A DNA stretch of 64,000 nt from a virus. The first letter of the stretch is position 1. Every line of letters starts with the position of its first letter. Below, in pieces: positions 19,372-30,384 of this stretch. Below the pieces are notes generated by a model, which saw nothing but the letters and a program-made list of their open reading frames with translations, was not told where the DNA came from and made no database searches. Location: the IMG/VR virus record IMGVR_UViG_3300042330_000875, positions 1 through 64,000 of that record. One strand, given 5' to 3'. The translations under genes were made by a program, and so were the position numbers.

Positions 19372-20000
19372 CGATAACCAATTTTCATAAATCTAATATA
19401 ATTTTCTGTTTTCATTTCATTTAAAAATAAAGTTTTTTCGCAAGAATACATTCGATCAAATTCTTCTAAATCTTTATTACAATTTACGTGTTCAGGATAT
19501 TGAAATGCATCATTTGATTGGATTATAAATGCAGTATTTTTTTCTAAATTGTTCCACCATTTTTTTCCATCAAGGTGTTCACAAATTGTATTAATAATTA
19601 AGGTTGGTTTTTCAGTTAATTCAACTTCAGTATTATCGTTTCTTAAAACCTTAAAATTAATATAAGCACCTGTAATATTCATTATATCAATTTTAGAACT
19701 TTGAAATTTCCAATTGTTGGAAAGAAATCTTCGATTTAAATCTTTTGCTATTTCATTTGATTGATTGTCTAAATCAAAACTTCTAATTTTTTTCACTAAA
19801 TTTTCATTTAATAACAACCAAGATAAAATTCCTACCCATCCACCTAAAACAAAAACTGTTTCAGTATTAAATTCTTTTGGGAAGTTATCTATAATCCATT
19901 GTTTACTCTGTAATTGGCCTCTTGATAAAGCATCTTCCCAAGAAAAATTAGGATGTTTTTCTTGTGTTTTTATTAAGTCGGCTAAAAATTCATAATTCAT
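19368..20000 (-). CDS. Class I SAM-dependent methyltransferase-like protein
   Basis: VLGGWVG motif I, SFDLD motif II, INTICEH. Confidence 0.7.
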   Translation of the reverse strand: MNYEFLADLIKTQEKHPNFSWEDALSRGQLQSKQWIIDNFPKEFNTETVFVLGGWVGILSWLLLNENLVKKIRSFDLDNQSNEIAKDLNRRFLSNNWKFQSSKIDIMNITGAYINFKVLRNDNTEVELTEKPTLIINTICEHLDGKKWWNNLEKNTAFIIQSNDAFQYPEHVNCNKDLEEFDRMYSCEKTLFLNEMKTENYIRFMKIGYR

Positions 20001-20032
20001 TTTAAATATTTAAAACAATCAAGGAAACAATT

Positions 20033-20380
20033 ATGAAATTAAAAGAATATTTAATTGACAAACAAGAAGAATTGGCGCAAACTATTGATGATGGAATAAG
20101 ATCAATTGTTGAAATTAAACAAACATGTGATGATGTACCATTTTCACAAATGGAAGTTCAAGATATTTTAAGAACAATTGCTGGGATGGCAAGAAATCAA
20201 AAAATTTTTGGAAAAGATGCAAATGGTAGATATATTTTTAATCCAAAAGAAACAGTAGAAAAAATTTACATTTCTTGGCTTGATAATAATGTTGAAACTT
20301 GTGAACAATTTCAAAAATTAACAGATCGTTTAATTTTAATATTAGAAAAAATAAACAATAAATTAAGAGGAAAAGAATGA
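20033..20380 (+). CDS. Hypothetical protein
   Basis: 115-aa ORF with AAGGA SD. Confidence 0.7.
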   Translation: MKLKEYLIDKQEELAQTIDDGIRSIVEIKQTCDDVPFSQMEVQDILRTIAGMARNQKIFGKDANGRYIFNPKETVEKIYISWLDNNVETCEQFQKLTDRLILILEKINNKLRGKE

Positions 20381-21398
20381 TTGCTGAATTAGAAATTTTT
20401 AATGGAACAAAATTATATAAAACATATGATTTAAAAGAACTCGATGTTGTCATTGATAATTTTGATTTACTAAAATTGTTAAAATGTGATTTTATTTGTC
20501 AATTACAACGCATTTATTTTCCTTGTACTTTTAGTGAAGAACATGGCGCTTATTTAGAAGTGGCTAAATTGGCTGGTAAGCAATTTATTATTCAATGTAA
20601 AAACAAAGAAGAAGTTGAAAAAATTAACACTCAAATAGTTTTATATTCTTTACAGAAAGATTAATATGAGATTTTATTTTGATTATCCAGATTTTATTGA
20701 TTGTGACAAAAATAAAGTTTATTACGAAGAAAATAAACAAATATTAGAATTTAATAAAGTAATTGAAACTATAGATATTTGGCGACTAATGATGGGTATT
20801 GATATAGAAAAAAAGTATTTTGTTGAATGTAAAAATCAAGAAGAATACGATAAAATATATTTAGATTATACTTTGTTTTTATTAGGAAAAAATTAATGTT
20901 TAAAGATAAACAACCTGAATATATATTTAAATTTGATAATAAACAATTTATTTTTGAATTTTCTGATAAACAAATTTTTTATTATTTGTTTAAAGAAAAA
21001 TGGCATAAATTTGTAAAAACTGATTGTACTTTATTGGACAAAGCAAAAATATCAATTTGTCCCATAGTTGCTATCTATTGTAAAAACAAAGAAGAATTTG
21101 AACAATATCAAACCGATTATACTTTATTTTTATTAAAGGGCGAATAATGAGATTTTATTTTGAAGATATTGAATTTATAGATTATACTCTAAAAGTTTGT
21201 TACTTAGATTTCGGAGATAGTTTTGAAATTTTTGATGAACAACTTTTGATAAGGAAATTAGCAGAGAATATTTATAATATTTTTACTAATATAAATGCTA
21301 AATGGACAGATACTCGAATGTTTATTTTTTGTGATAATCAAAAAGAATATGATCAATTAAATTCAGAATATACTTTATTCTTATTACAGAAAAATTAA
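20377..21398 (+). CDS. Four tandem related small proteins (20377..20664, 20666..20896, 20896..21147, 21147..21398)
   Basis: Shared C[KD]N[KQ][EK]E block followed by the C-terminal tag (IVLYSLQKD, YTLFLLGKN, YTLFLLKGE, YTLFLLQKN). Confidence 0.75.
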
Positions 21399-21434
21399 AT
21401 TTGTATTCTTCTTTAAAATTAAATATAATTAATA

Positions 21435-22145
21435 ATGATCGATTATCCTCTCTTAGAACGCCATACCGACGAAATCGGTAACAGAAAATACATTATACCA
21501 AATGGTAAAAGATTACCATCGGTAACAACAATCCTTTCAAATTCTGGTGATAAAACATTTTTAGAAAATTGGAAAAATTGGGTTGGACATGATAAAGCCG
21601 AAGATATTAGAAATGAAGCTGGAAAAATCGGTACGTTAATGCATGAGCATTTAGAAGCGTATATTGAACAAAGAGAACGACCAACAGCGAATACCTATGC
21701 TCGTAAATTAGTAAAAAATATGAGTGAACAAATTATTGCAAATGGGTTAAGCAAAGTTGATGAAGTTTGGGGTATTGAAAAAGCATTATATTCATCATTA
21801 GGATGGGCAGGAACAGCCGATTTAATTGGTACTTATCAAGGCATCCCAAGTATAATGGATTATAAAAATACTAGAAAATTAAAAACTAAATCAGATGAAT
21901 TAATAACACCAGAAAATAAATTAGGTGAATATTATTGTCAATTAACTGCTTATATAATTTCACATAATGAAATGTTTCCTGATAAAAAAATTCGTCAAGG
22001 CGTTATTTTCATGGTTGATCGTGAATTAAATTTTGAAACTTATGTATTAAGAGAAGATTTATTAGAATTTTGGAATGATGTTTGGTTAACACGAGTGGCA
22101 GAATATTATTCAAAAAATCCAGAATTAATTGAATTGTTAGATTGA
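21435..22145 (+). CDS. PD-(D/E)XK exonuclease
   Basis: LPSVTTIL, GTLMH, AGTADLIG, IMDYK, QLTAY. Confidence 0.85.
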   Translation: MIDYPLLERHTDEIGNRKYIIPNGKRLPSVTTILSNSGDKTFLENWKNWVGHDKAEDIRNEAGKIGTLMHEHLEAYIEQRERPTANTYARKLVKNMSEQIIANGLSKVDEVWGIEKALYSSLGWAGTADLIGTYQGIPSIMDYKNTRKLKTKSDELITPENKLGEYYCQLTAYIISHNEMFPDKKIRQGVIFMVDRELNFETYVLREDLLEFWNDVWLTRVAEYYSKNPELIELLD

Positions 22146-22221
22146 CTAACTGATCAAAATTATTCTATTTCTGCAAATGATATGAATGCTTATGAAAAAG
22201 TAGAAAACAATTAATTGTTTT

Positions 22222-23394
22222 CTACTTTGATTTAGGAATTTTAGAATCAGCACTTGAAACACAACTTTTACTTATGCATTTTGTTGGTTGATCAAATATT
22301 TTAAATCCATTTACTAAATCTCCTAATGGTTGATCAGCACAACTATAGCCGCGTTTAACAATTCCATTTGGTTCACGAATAATAATACTTTGATAACCAG
22401 AATTACAATTCCAATTTTCAAAATTATTAAAATTAAAACTGTTCATACGTTCAGCTTGATCAAGATACCATTTTTTGTTTTCTTCATCGGTTAATTCTAC
22501 TTGCATTATTTGTGGAATTTTTTCTTGATTTTCTAAAACATCTTGTAATTTTTTATATTTTGGACGGGTTGGAATTTTATTATTTTTATCTAATGCTTGT
22601 TGTGTAAAGTCTCGTTGTGGCATACCATTATAAAGACGATTTAACATGTCTTGTGAATATCCATCAACAATCTTTGTAGCATTATAATTGCTTTGTGGTT
22701 TTAATGTTGTATTAATCCCCAATTCATGAAAATAAAGTGCATTTTCCCAATCGAATTCAAATAAATCAGGACGCATAACCATATTAATTGTTACTTGTAT
22801 ATCATTTTCTTGACAATATAATAATTTTTCAATAAATTTTTCTTTTTTAGCAAATTCAGAATGAAAACTAGCTGTAATACTTACACGATGTAAATTTTTA
22901 GTTACTTCAACATATTCTTTTAACCATTTTAAATTTTTACTCATATTAGTTGTCATATGCACACTTTGATAATTTGTTTTTTCCAAATGAGTTGTATAAT
23001 GATTTAAAATTTTTAAATAATCTGGATGTGCAGTAGGTTCACCACCAGAAAAACTAAAATGAAATGAATTAAAATTGTTTTCATTAGCTTGATAGATAAT
23101 TTCATCAATTGTTTTTGTAATTACATCTAATGGTCGAAAATCTTTAATGTGTGTACTGGCGTAGCCCCAGCAGTAGGAGCAATGGGCATTTTCATATTTT
23201 TTCCCATTTACTTCAATAATTTTTTTAGATTTTTCATCAGGTTTTTTTAAAAAATTAAAATTGCAATATCTTTGCAAAATCCAACTGACATTGAATAGAT
23301 CACGCTCTAACATAGTGCGTTGACCAAATGATTTTATCTTATCAAAGGGAATTTTAGTAAAGTCATATTGTGACCATTTTAAATTATCGTTCAT
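22222..23394 (-). CDS. Radical SAM protein with extended CX27CX2C motif and C-terminal twitch-like Cys cluster
   Basis: FSGGEPT, MTTN, SFHSEF; C-terminal C...C...CISKSC. Confidence 0.85.
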   Translation of the reverse strand: MNDNLKWSQYDFTKIPFDKIKSFGQRTMLERDLFNVSWILQRYCNFNFLKKPDEKSKKIIEVNGKKYENAHCSYCWGYASTHIKDFRPLDVITKTIDEIIYQANENNFNSFHFSFSGGEPTAHPDYLKILNHYTTHLEKTNYQSVHMTTNMSKNLKWLKEYVEVTKNLHRVSITASFHSEFAKKEKFIEKLLYCQENDIQVTINMVMRPDLFEFDWENALYFHELGINTTLKPQSNYNATKIVDGYSQDMLNRLYNGMPQRDFTQQALDKNNKIPTRPKYKKLQDVLENQEKIPQIMQVELTDEENKKWYLDQAERMNSFNFNNFENWNCNSGYQSIIIREPNGIVKRGYSCADQPLGDLVNGFKIFDQPTKCISKSCVSSADSKIPKSK

Positions 23395-23408
23395 AAATAA
23401 TATTTAGT

Positions 23409-24470
23409 TTAACTTTTAAATAATTTTGTCAATTTAAAAAAGTCTTGTTTTCTCAATTGATCTAATTTATTGTTGTTTTCTAAAAAATTATTCCAATTTC
23501 CTTCTTTGATATTCAACAAATATTTTTTTATTTTATCAAATTGATTTTCAGAATAATAATCAATTAAATATTGTTTTTTATCAAATGAAATATGTTTTAA
23601 GTTTAAATAATCAGGATGTTCTAAAATATTCCAATAAATTTCACGATCACACCAATTATCTAATTCTTTTAAAAATTCGATATTGGTTATTTGAACTGTG
23701 CAGTGAATTTTTATTTCAGCTTTAAGTTGTTTTATAGTTTCATAATTTTTTAAAAATTGATTCCATTTTGCAGGATAACGAATATACTCATAAACATTTT
23801 CAATTCCATCAACCGACAAATGTAATTTTAAATTAGAAAATTTTTCCCATAATTTTAAAACTTTATCAGGTAATACAGTTAAATTTGTATTGTACTTTAA
23901 TTCTATATTAGTTTTGTTATTATCGATCAACCATTGTAATATATCAATATGATGAGGGTTCAATAAAGGTTCTCCACCTGTAAAATAAATTGCTTCAATA
24001 AATTGTAAATTATTTTTTAATTGAACAAAAAATTCTTGGTTTTTATCCCAATTGTAAAGTTTAGTTTGTTCATTCCACATTTTTTGATGATCTTCTTGCC
24101 AAGCAGAACTAGAATAGCCATTACACATTCTACAACGTAAATTACAACTATTACCTAATCTTAAATCTAAATAAACAATTTCTGTTTTTTCATTGTTTTT
24201 TATTTTTTTTAAATGAACAGAAAATTTTTCATTATAAGCTAATCTTGCACTTTTTAAACCAAAACTTTCTTCATTAAAACATCGTTTACAAACTGTTGGT
24301 TTTTTATTTTCCAACATTTCATTTTTAATTGATTTAAGGTAATTTTCTTTGTATTCTTCTATTTGATCAAAGCGATAATTTGAAGATGATTGTGCATTAC
24401 AGCAAACACGTAATTTTCCTGTTGGAGTAGTTGCTAAATGAATCCAAGGTAAAACACATAAATTATTCAT
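23409..24470 (-). CDS. Radical SAM protein with N-terminal twitch-like cluster
   Basis: CNLRCRMC, FTGGEP, SVDG. Confidence 0.9.
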   Translation of the reverse strand: MNNLCVLPWIHLATTPTGKLRVCCNAQSSSNYRFDQIEEYKENYLKSIKNEMLENKKPTVCKRCFNEESFGLKSARLAYNEKFSVHLKKIKNNEKTEIVYLDLRLGNSCNLRCRMCNGYSSSAWQEDHQKMWNEQTKLYNWDKNQEFFVQLKNNLQFIEAIYFTGGEPLLNPHHIDILQWLIDNNKTNIELKYNTNLTVLPDKVLKLWEKFSNLKLHLSVDGIENVYEYIRYPAKWNQFLKNYETIKQLKAEIKIHCTVQITNIEFLKELDNWCDREIYWNILEHPDYLNLKHISFDKKQYLIDYYSENQFDKIKKYLLNIKEGNWNNFLENNNKLDQLRKQDFFKLTKLFKS

Positions 24471-25539
24471 CGATCCAACCTACTATTTCTTTGTCGATAA
24501 CATCTTTATAATTTAAATTTCTAGTTGTATTAAAATAGTTTAAAGCAAATTTTAATTGTTCTTTATCAAATTTATTTTCTTGTTGAATAAAATTAACTAA
24601 TTCATCGTATTGATTGTGATTTTTTAATAATTGTAATTTGTTTAAAATGTATTCTTTTTTATCAGTTATATTGGCTTGGAAATATTCAGGCTTTCTTAAT
24701 ATCTCAAAATTTATTGGGATATTAAAATATTCATTTATTTTACCTAATTCACAAATATTAAAAAGCTGTACTGTACAATTAATCAATTGTTTTATATGTT
24801 GAAATTGTTGTAATTTAATTAAATTTTCTTCTATAATAGAAAATTTCAAAGGATAACGAATATATTTAAAAACATTATCTAAACCATCAATTGAGATTTT
24901 TATTTTGGCTTTGAGTTTATCAGTTAAATCAAAAAATTCTTCATCCCAAACAGATAAATTTGTTACAATATTTAATTGTGGGCTTAAATTATTTTCAACT
25001 AAATGTTGTAATACTTTTTTATTATTAATATCTAATAAAGGTTCGCCACCTCGCAAATTAATTCTTTTTGCATTTTTTAAAAAAGGTTTAACTATATCAA
25101 AATTTAATTCTGATTTTAAATTTTTGCCTTTATAATGAATTGGTACATTTTTATTTTTAACCTCTGATGCTATTGCCGAAGAACAACGTGGCGTACACAT
25201 AATACATTTACTGTTACAAATATTAGAAAAATTTAAATCTAAAATTTCTGCTTGATCAAAAAATTCAGTTAATTTGTTTGGTAAAATAAATTGTTCATTT
25301 ACAGTTAATCTTAAAGATTTTTTTCCTAATTCTTCATCTTTTTCACAACGCAAACAATTTTTTGGAAATTTATTATTAATAAAATCATTTCTAATTTGTT
25401 TCATAATTTCAGAATTATGGCGATTTTCAATGGGAATATTTTCAAAAGGCATATTTATTACAAAACCACACGGTACAAACGTGCCATCTGAATGAAAACC
25501 ATAACTTTTCCAAGGCATTACACATTTAACCATTATCAA
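24463..25539 (-). CDS. Radical SAM protein with N-terminal twitch-like cluster
   Basis: CNSKCIMC, RGGEP, SIDG. Confidence 0.9.
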   Translation of the reverse strand: MIMVKCVMPWKSYGFHSDGTFVPCGFVINMPFENIPIENRHNSEIMKQIRNDFINNKFPKNCLRCEKDEELGKKSLRLTVNEQFILPNKLTEFFDQAEILDLNFSNICNSKCIMCTPRCSSAIASEVKNKNVPIHYKGKNLKSELNFDIVKPFLKNAKRINLRGGEPLLDINNKKVLQHLVENNLSPQLNIVTNLSVWDEEFFDLTDKLKAKIKISIDGLDNVFKYIRYPLKFSIIEENLIKLQQFQHIKQLINCTVQLFNICELGKINEYFNIPINFEILRKPEYFQANITDKKEYILNKLQLLKNHNQYDELVNFIQQENKFDKEQLKFALNYFNTTRNLNYKDVIDKEIVGWIDE

Positions 25540-26311
25540 TCCAATCTAAAACTTCATTCCAATTTAAAATTATTTTATTTACATTATCAAAAGAGTAAGG
25601 ATTTTTTCTTACAAAACCTTCATGATTAAAAGAACTTTTTTCAAAAATTGTTTCACCAATTTCATGTGGTAATTTATTTACAATTGAATTATATTCAATA
25701 TTTTTATAAATTGAAAATTTATCTTTTGTTTGAATAAAAATTTCATATCGTTTTTTTATTTTATCAACTGTATTTTTATCTAAATTAAATGGTTCGGGTA
25801 ATTGATACTCTAATCCATTTAACAAATGAGTTGGATTATTTGAAAACCAAGAAATTGCATAACTTGCTATAATTTCTTTTAAATCACGATGTAAAACAAT
25901 TGCTTGATAATTTTCTTTCAAATACTCAAAATCATCATCGGGAATTAAATGATGACTTAAAATTTTTAAAAAATAATGTTGATGTTTGTATTTTTCTAAA
26001 ATTGTTTTAACTTTATAATCGTTTTTTAATAAAATATGATTTTTATTTATTAAATCTTCTTGGCAAGTAATATAAACTTCATTGGGAATTTTTCTTGTTC
26101 CTGGCGAATGTCTTACTTGAACTAAATTTTCATTTGTATCAACTAACCAGGGACATTCATTTTTATTTTGATTGAATAACTCAGTTGGAGTTACACCAAA
26201 ACTACAACTTGTTTTTGTTGCTAAATTATTATAAAATAAATAAAGTTGTAAACTACGATGTAATAAAAAACTTCCACTTCTACCACAAGAATAAACAAAA
26301 TACTTTTTCAT
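25526..26311 (-). CDS. Sulfotransferase-like P-loop protein
   Basis: N-terminal GRSGS (5'-PSB-like), HRD...IAS (3'-PB-like). Confidence 0.55.
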   Translation of the reverse strand: MKKYFVYSCGRSGSFLLHRSLQLYLFYNNLATKTSCSFGVTPTELFNQNKNECPWLVDTNENLVQVRHSPGTRKIPNEVYITCQEDLINKNHILLKNDYKVKTILEKYKHQHYFLKILSHHLIPDDDFEYLKENYQAIVLHRDLKEIIASYAISWFSNNPTHLLNGLEYQLPEPFNLDKNTVDKIKKRYEIFIQTKDKFSIYKNIEYNSIVNKLPHEIGETIFEKSSFNHEGFVRKNPYSFDNVNKIILNWNEVLDWIDNG

Positions 26312-26318
26312 TATCTAT

Positions 26319-27158
26319 TTACTTTTTCAAATAAGTCAATAAAGCTCTAGTACCAATTAGTTTATTTTCAAAAATTGCACTATGAATACAATTTGTTTTT
26401 GTTAAATTAAAATCAAAACAAAGTTTTTCATATTCTTCTCGATAATAGTTCCATAAAAAATTATCACCTAATGTTTCTATATAATGTAATGCCATAGCAG
26501 AATTAGTTTTATCAATCATATCATAAGCGTTCATTATACCAATACTTGTATTAGTTAAATCATTTTTAGATAAAATAACTCCAATTCTATTATTCATCAT
26601 ATCAAAAGATTTACTTAAACTAAAACCAATTTGTTTTATTTGACAATGACTTAAATCTAAAGTTAATTGTTCGCTACAACCCAACCAACAAGCATCAATA
26701 TAAATATCAATATTTCTTTCCGAACATATTTGTGAAATATCATTCCAATTATTGGGTAAAGATGATGTGCATGTATTTGGTATGCTAATTATTAAAGGTA
26801 TATTATTTTTTAGTTCTAATAATCCAACAGAATTATTGCCTAATTTTTGATGATATGAATATTCACCATGTAAAACTTGTATTTTATTTGATTGATAACA
26901 ATTATTAATAAAACCAGTACAGCCATTGGTTAAGTAATTATAATTAAAATTTTCTAATCCATATATATTATTATTTTTTGTAACATATTCGATAATTTTA
27001 CTTTTTATTATTGATTGAAATTTTTTATCAGTTATTATTGATCGATATTTTTTTATGTCAAAAGAAAAATACGTATCATAAAAAATCTTATTCCAAATTG
27101 GTTTTGGGGTTGGTAATAAAAATTCTTTATTATAATATGGTGCAGTTTTCATTAGCAT
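26319..27158 (-). CDS. PLP-dependent transferase-like protein
   Basis: IYIDACW, FSLSKSF, RIG. Confidence 0.7.
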   Translation of the reverse strand: MLMKTAPYYNKEFLLPTPKPIWNKIFYDTYFSFDIKKYRSIITDKKFQSIIKSKIIEYVTKNNNIYGLENFNYNYLTNGCTGFINNCYQSNKIQVLHGEYSYHQKLGNNSVGLLELKNNIPLIISIPNTCTSSLPNNWNDISQICSERNIDIYIDACWLGCSEQLTLDLSHCQIKQIGFSLSKSFDMMNNRIGVILSKNDLTNTSIGIMNAYDMIDKTNSAMALHYIETLGDNFLWNYYREEYEKLCFDFNLTKTNCIHSAIFENKLIGTRALLTYLKK

Positions 27159-28176
27159 TCCTTAAAATATTATCAATTGCAATTGGACTTATATCTTTAA
27201 ATTTTTTTCCTGTTTTAGTAAACCATAAATTTTCATAAACTATTAATTGTTTTTTATCAATATCAGAGATATTGATGTTATCAATTAATAAATTGTCGAT
27301 TATTATTTTTGTTTTTTCTGGTAAATCAATTTCATTTAAAATATCTTTTGTTAATAAATTACAATTTAAAAAATTAGGATTTCTTAATATATGAAAGTAC
27401 CAAGGTATATTTAAATTTAAAAAATAATCTTCAATTGATTTTAAATGCTCTAAATTTAACCATTGAACAGTTGTTTGAGTTCTTACGTCTGATATTTTTT
27501 TAAATTCTTGTAAGTTTTTTTCTAAGGTTTTCCAATCAGTTCCTAATCGAATATATTCTGCAATATGTCCTATTCCATCCACACTAACATTTATTTTTAT
27601 ATTTGAAAATTTTGATAATATTTGCCATATTTTTTTATTAAAAACACTTCCATTGGTTAAAAATTCTATTTCACAGGATAAATTATCGATTGATATTAAT
27701 TTTTCTAAAATATCAATAACTTTATTTTCTAAAAATGGTTCACCTCCTGCAAAACTAATAAATTTAGCATCGTGTAAATTATTCAAATAATCATAATTTT
27801 TAATAACTTTATTATGTTTTTGTTTTAATTCCTTTTCCCATTTATTACTTGCGCTTGGCCCACACATAATGCATTGAAAATTACAATGATTAGATAATTT
27901 AAAATCAAACGTTTGATAAATTTTATGATCTTTTTTAGCATCTTCAAATGAATATAAATTTCTGTTTAATTCTAAAATTCTTCTTGATTTTTTTCCTATT
28001 TTTTCATCATTATAACATCTTTTACATTCTGCGCTTTGCAAGTCATTTAACATATTATTTTTTATTTTTTTTAAAACATCATCATTGACGATTGCATCAG
28101 AATGGGCGCATAATCTTTGAGTATTATCAGTTTGGATATAAAAATGATTCCAAGGAACAGGACAAAAAGTTTTCAT
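27130..28176 (-). CDS. Radical SAM protein with N-terminal twitch-like cluster
   Basis: CNFQCIMC, FAGGEP, SVDG. Confidence 0.9.
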   Translation of the reverse strand: MKTFCPVPWNHFYIQTDNTQRLCAHSDAIVNDDVLKKIKNNMLNDLQSAECKRCYNDEKIGKKSRRILELNRNLYSFEDAKKDHKIYQTFDFKLSNHCNFQCIMCGPSASNKWEKELKQKHNKVIKNYDYLNNLHDAKFISFAGGEPFLENKVIDILEKLISIDNLSCEIEFLTNGSVFNKKIWQILSKFSNIKINVSVDGIGHIAEYIRLGTDWKTLEKNLQEFKKISDVRTQTTVQWLNLEHLKSIEDYFLNLNIPWYFHILRNPNFLNCNLLTKDILNEIDLPEKTKIIIDNLLIDNINISDIDKKQLIVYENLWFTKTGKKFKDISPIAIDNILRNANENCTIL

Positions 28177-28574
28177 TTTTTCATTATTTCATTAAAGTAA
28201 TTTTCGGGCCAATTGTTATAATAAACTGTTTTTTTTAATATATTTCTTTTAATTTCCATATCTTTTCTGTTTTGTATAAAAATACAATTGGTAAAATTTT
28301 TAACAAAAAGTCCAGATGTTGGTGTTGATTTTAAAACGATCCAATCATCATTAAATTTTAAAGTTAAAAATGTTAATAAAATATTATCAATTTTATTATC
28401 ACACCAAACGACATAAATTTTATCATTATCTGTAAAATTAAAATTATCAGTTGGTAATAAAAAATCAATTTTATTATTTATTCTAGCTGATTGGGCATAA
28501 GGACAAATATTTTTCTTTTCGATATTTGCTATTGACCATTCAATAAATTGTTTTTTAAATTCATCAAATTTCAT
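28173..28574 (-). CDS. Hypothetical protein with CPYA motif
   Basis: ICPYA; overlaps both neighbours. Confidence 0.65.
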   Translation of the reverse strand: MKFDEFKKQFIEWSIANIEKKNICPYAQSARINNKIDFLLPTDNFNFTDNDKIYVVWCDNKIDNILLTFLTLKFNDDWIVLKSTPTSGLFVKNFTNCIFIQNRKDMEIKRNILKKTVYYNNWPENYFNEIMKK

Positions 28575-29584
28575 AAATAATTTTCCATTTCACCAACTCT
28601 AGCAATATCTTGAGTACAACAATGAATGCCGCCATCCCAAAAATATTGATGTTTAAAATTCCATATTATAGGATTTACTTTAAATTTTTCTAATTGATCA
28701 AATACTTTTTTATTAAAATGCGTAAAAATAATATTATTTTCATCAATACTTAAAGCATTAACATCAAAAACAGTTTCATCCACATAACCAACCCAATCTT
28801 TTAACCATTTTTGAATAAAATCACCATAAAAATGTTGTTTTCTTAATGATAAAAATTCATTTGGTAATGGATTAAATTCTTCAATTAAAATAACATCCCA
28901 ATTTTTTAATTGTTCAGGAATCCAATCTTTATTCCAAGTAATCAATAATCCTGGTTTAACTAAACAAATTTTTCCATCAATATGTCCGCCAATAGGAAAA
29001 TCAACAAATTCACAATCGTAAAATTTGGGTAATATGTTTTTAATCCATTCTTTTCCTTTTAAATTTCCTTTGCCATTTTTTTCATCTTCTTCTATTGATT
29101 GGGATATTAAAATATGTTTACCTAGTTTAATCATATTAGCAGCATCAAAATATAATTCTACATTTTTATTTTTTTCTATTTTAGGTTGTGGCATAGATAA
29201 ATTAACAAAATCATCGATCCAATTTTTTTTATAACTTAAATGTTCAAATTGACGATTATCATGTTTAGTAAACATATCAATTGCTAAATTACCATAAACA
29301 AATAAAACATCTCTTGGCATCAAAGGTGGACTCATAAACTTATAATCATTCCAAGGTAAAGAAATATTTTCTTCAAAATTATCTACTAAAATATCAGGGC
29401 GAATAACTTCAATATCAAATGTTTTTAGTAATTTTTCTAATTCATTTAATTGTTCATTTGTTTCATGTAATATAATTTGTATGCTATTTTTAAATTCTTG
29501 ATTTTTATGATAATCAAAAATCTTTTGGTCATATGTTTTACCTACAATAATTTTTTTTAATTTTTGAAACTCAGTAAAAGTCAT
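28571..29584 (-). CDS. Amidinotransferase (pentein fold)
   Basis: MPRD, FDAAN, GHID, DGGIHCCT. Confidence 0.85.
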   Translation of the reverse strand: MTFTEFQKLKKIIVGKTYDQKIFDYHKNQEFKNSIQIILHETNEQLNELEKLLKTFDIEVIRPDILVDNFEENISLPWNDYKFMSPPLMPRDVLFVYGNLAIDMFTKHDNRQFEHLSYKKNWIDDFVNLSMPQPKIEKNKNVELYFDAANMIKLGKHILISQSIEEDEKNGKGNLKGKEWIKNILPKFYDCEFVDFPIGGHIDGKICLVKPGLLITWNKDWIPEQLKNWDVILIEEFNPLPNEFLSLRKQHFYGDFIQKWLKDWVGYVDETVFDVNALSIDENNIIFTHFNKKVFDQLEKFKVNPIIWNFKHQYFWDGGIHCCTQDIARVGEMENYL

Positions 29585-30351
29585 TCGATTTCCTCATAAA
29601 GAGTAAACGCCAATCCACATTTTGTTTTAGTATTATTTTTTCTATGATCAGCACTACAATGAATTTGTGTTGGATCAATAACCATAATTGAACCAATTTT
29701 CCAAGGCAATATTTTTTCTATATGTAAATCAGTTAAATTTTCTTTTGGAAGAAATGAAAGATATTCATCGTATATTTTTTGATCTTGCCAATTATTTTCT
29801 TTATTATATTTTCTTGATCCTTTTTCTAAATCATAAAATTCTATATCATCATGAGAATAAACATCTTTCCAATAACCTTTTACGCTATCTTTTTTAAATC
29901 CTTGACAAAAAATAGTACCATAATTTAAAACTCGTTCACGAAAGCAAATTAATCCAGAATGTAAGTCTTCATTTTTACTTGGGGTTACAAATAAAGGTAT
30001 GACAAAATGTTTTAAAGGTATTAATTTATGATCAAATATTGATGATTCTTCTTCGCTCATACTGTCTGCGTGTAAAGCATAAGGATGTAAAGTTAAATAA
30101 AAATTTCCACCATAATGTTTTTTTGAGAAATCTTTATTTATTAATCTTTTAAACCTATCAGAAAATTTATCAGCAATAATAGTATGTTTATTTTTAATTT
30201 TAAACAACATTGTGCCACTTTCTTTTATTGTTGTTGATGAATGCTCTCGCCACATAAAATCAATCATCCAAGAAATTTCTTCTTTAGAGAAAAAATCATC
30301 AACTTGAAAACATTCACTTAAATTTGTTTTCCATTTATCAAAATTAGTCAT
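29581..30351 (-). CDS. 2OG-Fe(II) dioxygenase-like protein
   Basis: LHAD ... QIHCS facial triad. Confidence 0.6.
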   Translation of the reverse strand: MTNFDKWKTNLSECFQVDDFFSKEEISWMIDFMWREHSSTTIKESGTMLFKIKNKHTIIADKFSDRFKRLINKDFSKKHYGGNFYLTLHPYALHADSMSEEESSIFDHKLIPLKHFVIPLFVTPSKNEDLHSGLICFRERVLNYGTIFCQGFKKDSVKGYWKDVYSHDDIEFYDLEKGSRKYNKENNWQDQKIYDEYLSFLPKENLTDLHIEKILPWKIGSIMVIDPTQIHCSADHRKNNTKTKCGLAFTLYEEIE

Positions 30352-30384
30352 GTAAATATTTAAATGAAAACCGATTTAATGATT

